Assembly (NCBI GenBank): GCA_963772725.1
Contig: CAVYYI010000001.1
Span: 1,120,001 to 1,184,000, forward strand
DNA from: an uncultured Phycisphaerales bacterium
GTDB taxonomy: Bacteria; Planctomycetota; Phycisphaerae; Sedimentisphaerales; Anaerobacaceae
Direction: 5' to 3'
Length of the DNA stretch: 64,000 bases
Below the pieces are notes generated by a model. That model searched no databases and was not told the origin of the DNA. It saw only the letters and a program-made list of their open reading frames with translations. Positions 62,116-64,000 of the stretch are shown piece by piece. The translations under genes and the position numbers were made by a program. How positions within the stretch are numbered: the stretch's first letter is position 1; every line of letters begins with the position of its first letter.

Positions 62116-63508
62116 ATGATGAACCAGAAAATCTACCTTAATGAAAACGATATCCCACGTCAATGGTATAACCTCGCCGCTGATTTACCTACGCCAATGC
62201 TGCCCCCACTCGGACCCGACGGTAAACCAGTAACTCCCGACATGCTCGCCCCGGTCTTTCCGATGAACCTGATAGAGCAGGAAGTCAGCACAAAACGCTG
62301 GATTGATATTCCTGAAGAAATTCTTAATATTCTTTATCGGTGGCGGCCGGCTCCTCTGCGAAGAGCGGTTAACCTCGAAAAGTACCTCAAAACCCCTGCG
62401 CATATTTACTATAAGGACGAAAGCACCAGCCCGCCCGGCAGCCACAAGCCAAATACCGCCGTTCCACAGGCATGGTACAATAAGCAATTCGGAATAAAGA
62501 GAATAACTACGGAAACCGGCGCAGGACAATGGGGCAGCGCACTTGCTTTTGCCTGTAAACTTCTTGATATCGAATGTAAAGTCTATATGGTTAGAATCAG
62601 TTTTGACCAAAAACCCTTCCGTAAATTCATGATGCAGGTCTGGGGCGCAAATTGCGTTGCCAGCCCGAGCAACCAAACAAACGCCGGCAGAGAAATACTC
62701 AAAAAAATGCCTGACACGCCCGGCAGTCTCGGCATTGCCATCAGTGAAGCTATTGAAGACGCCGTTACCGATAAGTCCGGCAAAACACGGTATTCCCTGG
62801 GCAGCGTGTTAAATCACGTTATGCTTCATCAGACAATAATAGGACTCGAAGCAAAGAAACAGCTGAAAATTGCCGGTGAAAATCAGCCTGATATTATCAT
62901 CGGATGCGCTGGCGGCGGAAGCAACTTCGCAGGGCTTGCGTTTCCTTTTACCGCAGATAAGATTAATGGCGCAAATATAAAAATTATACCAGTTGAACCC
63001 ACCGCATGTCCCACAATGACACGCGCGCCCTTTGCTTACGATTTCGGAGATACCGCAGGCACAACTCCTCTTCTGGCGATGCACACCCTCGGACACGCCT
63101 TTGTTCCGCCTCCGATTCACGCCGGCGGCCTGAGATATCACGGTATGGCGCCTTTGGTATGCCAGGGCATCATCGAAGGACTTTTCGAACCGCAGGCATA
63201 TCATCAGCTCAAATGCTATGAGTCAGCCCTGCTCTGGGCAAAAACAGAAGGATTTATATGTGCCACCGGAAACAAGCCACGCAATCGCTTGCGTCATTGA
63301 CCAGGCGATAAAAGCCAAAGAGGAAGGCAAGGAAAAAGTCATACTCTTCAATTACAGCGGACATGGGCTGATGGACCTTTCCGGCTACGACAGCTATCTC
63401 GCCGGAAAACTCTCAGATTATGCGATGCCTGATGAAGAAATTGAGAAATATACAGCCCCTCTTAAAAAGTTCCCGAAAGCTGAAATAAGAAAAACAGGCA
63501 AGTGGTAA
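62116..63508 (+). CDS. trpB2: TrpB2-type tryptophan synthase beta (frameshift near 63262)
   Basis: [53 protein letters not shown]. Confidence 0.92.
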
Positions 63509-63684
63509 ACTCTAACATAATTTTAATTTTTTCAATACAAAAAAAATATTTGATTTTCTTGTTGATTTTACTGCTGATGATGCTAAAATCTCTGAAATTT
63601 ATCTTTGCACAAATGTGGATTGCCTGAAGTTTTATTTGGATAGTTCACAAATTTATGACAATTTTTTTTAAGGAGAAATGGAAA

Positions 63685-64000
63685 ATGAAAAAGGAAGTTT
63701 TGATTGTCGCTGCAATGTTGTTGTGCCTGGCTGGCTTGGTTCAGGCTCAAACTCAGCTCTCGCCGCCAAGTAATGAACTGCATGGTTCTGTAGATGTAAC
63801 ATATTTGAGCAAATACATCTGGCGTGGCTTCAATATCTATGGGAGTAAATCCGCAATACAGCCGAGCATCGACCTGAACCTTTACAACACCGGCTTTGGC
63901 GTCAATGCAATGGGACACAGGGCTAACTCATCAGGTTTTGAGACCGGTGAACGATGGGATTACAGCCTGTATTATCAAAATAGTCTTTTCAACAATGAGG
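63685..64000 (+). CDS. 3'-truncated secreted, probable outer-membrane beta-barrel protein (TorF-like)
   Basis: Not in the ORF track (no stop); own translation MKKEVLIVAAMLLCLAGLVQA...VDVTYLSKYIWRGF...SAIQPSIDL. Confidence 0.7.
   Translation, partial: MKKEVLIVAAMLLCLAGLVQAQTQLSPPSNELHGSVDVTYLSKYIWRGFNIYGSKSAIQPSIDLNLYNTGFGVNAMGHRANSSGFETGERWDYSLYYQNSLFNNE

Overview
Bacterial chromosomal segment (gene content and style suggest an anaerobic planctomycete such as Phycisphaerae/Sedimentisphaerales; this is inference). Housekeeping and metabolic genes: deoC, pabB/pabC/Nif3-like/scpB, a 4-subunit 2-oxoacid:ferredoxin oxidoreductase operon, clpX, ruvX, an NDP-sugar dehydrogenase, surE, two rhomboids, a multi-sensor two-component cluster, a cold-shock gene, an ABC transporter, a GT9 heptosyltransferase, tRNA-Leu(CAG), malic enzyme, an ECF sigma/anti-sigma pair, lon, an L,D-transpeptidase, 5-FCL, rarA and trpB2. 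There are three IS elements: an intact ISAs1 with a 10-bp TSD, an IS630 splitting a gene, and an internally deleted IS5. About 12 genes carry frameshifts, most likely consensus errors. The most unusual signal is a family of short-period (7-10 bp) tandem repeat 'arms'. They occur as inverted pairs that bracket accessory cassettes at gene junctions of conserved operons: a four-helix-bundle gene between pabB and pabC, GxxExxY plus a nuclease-like gene inside the oxidoreductase operon, and a 6.7-kb island with a TIR-domain gene between deoC and pabB. They also occur as stacked, nested or empty arm piles. No CRISPR array or rRNA was seen.
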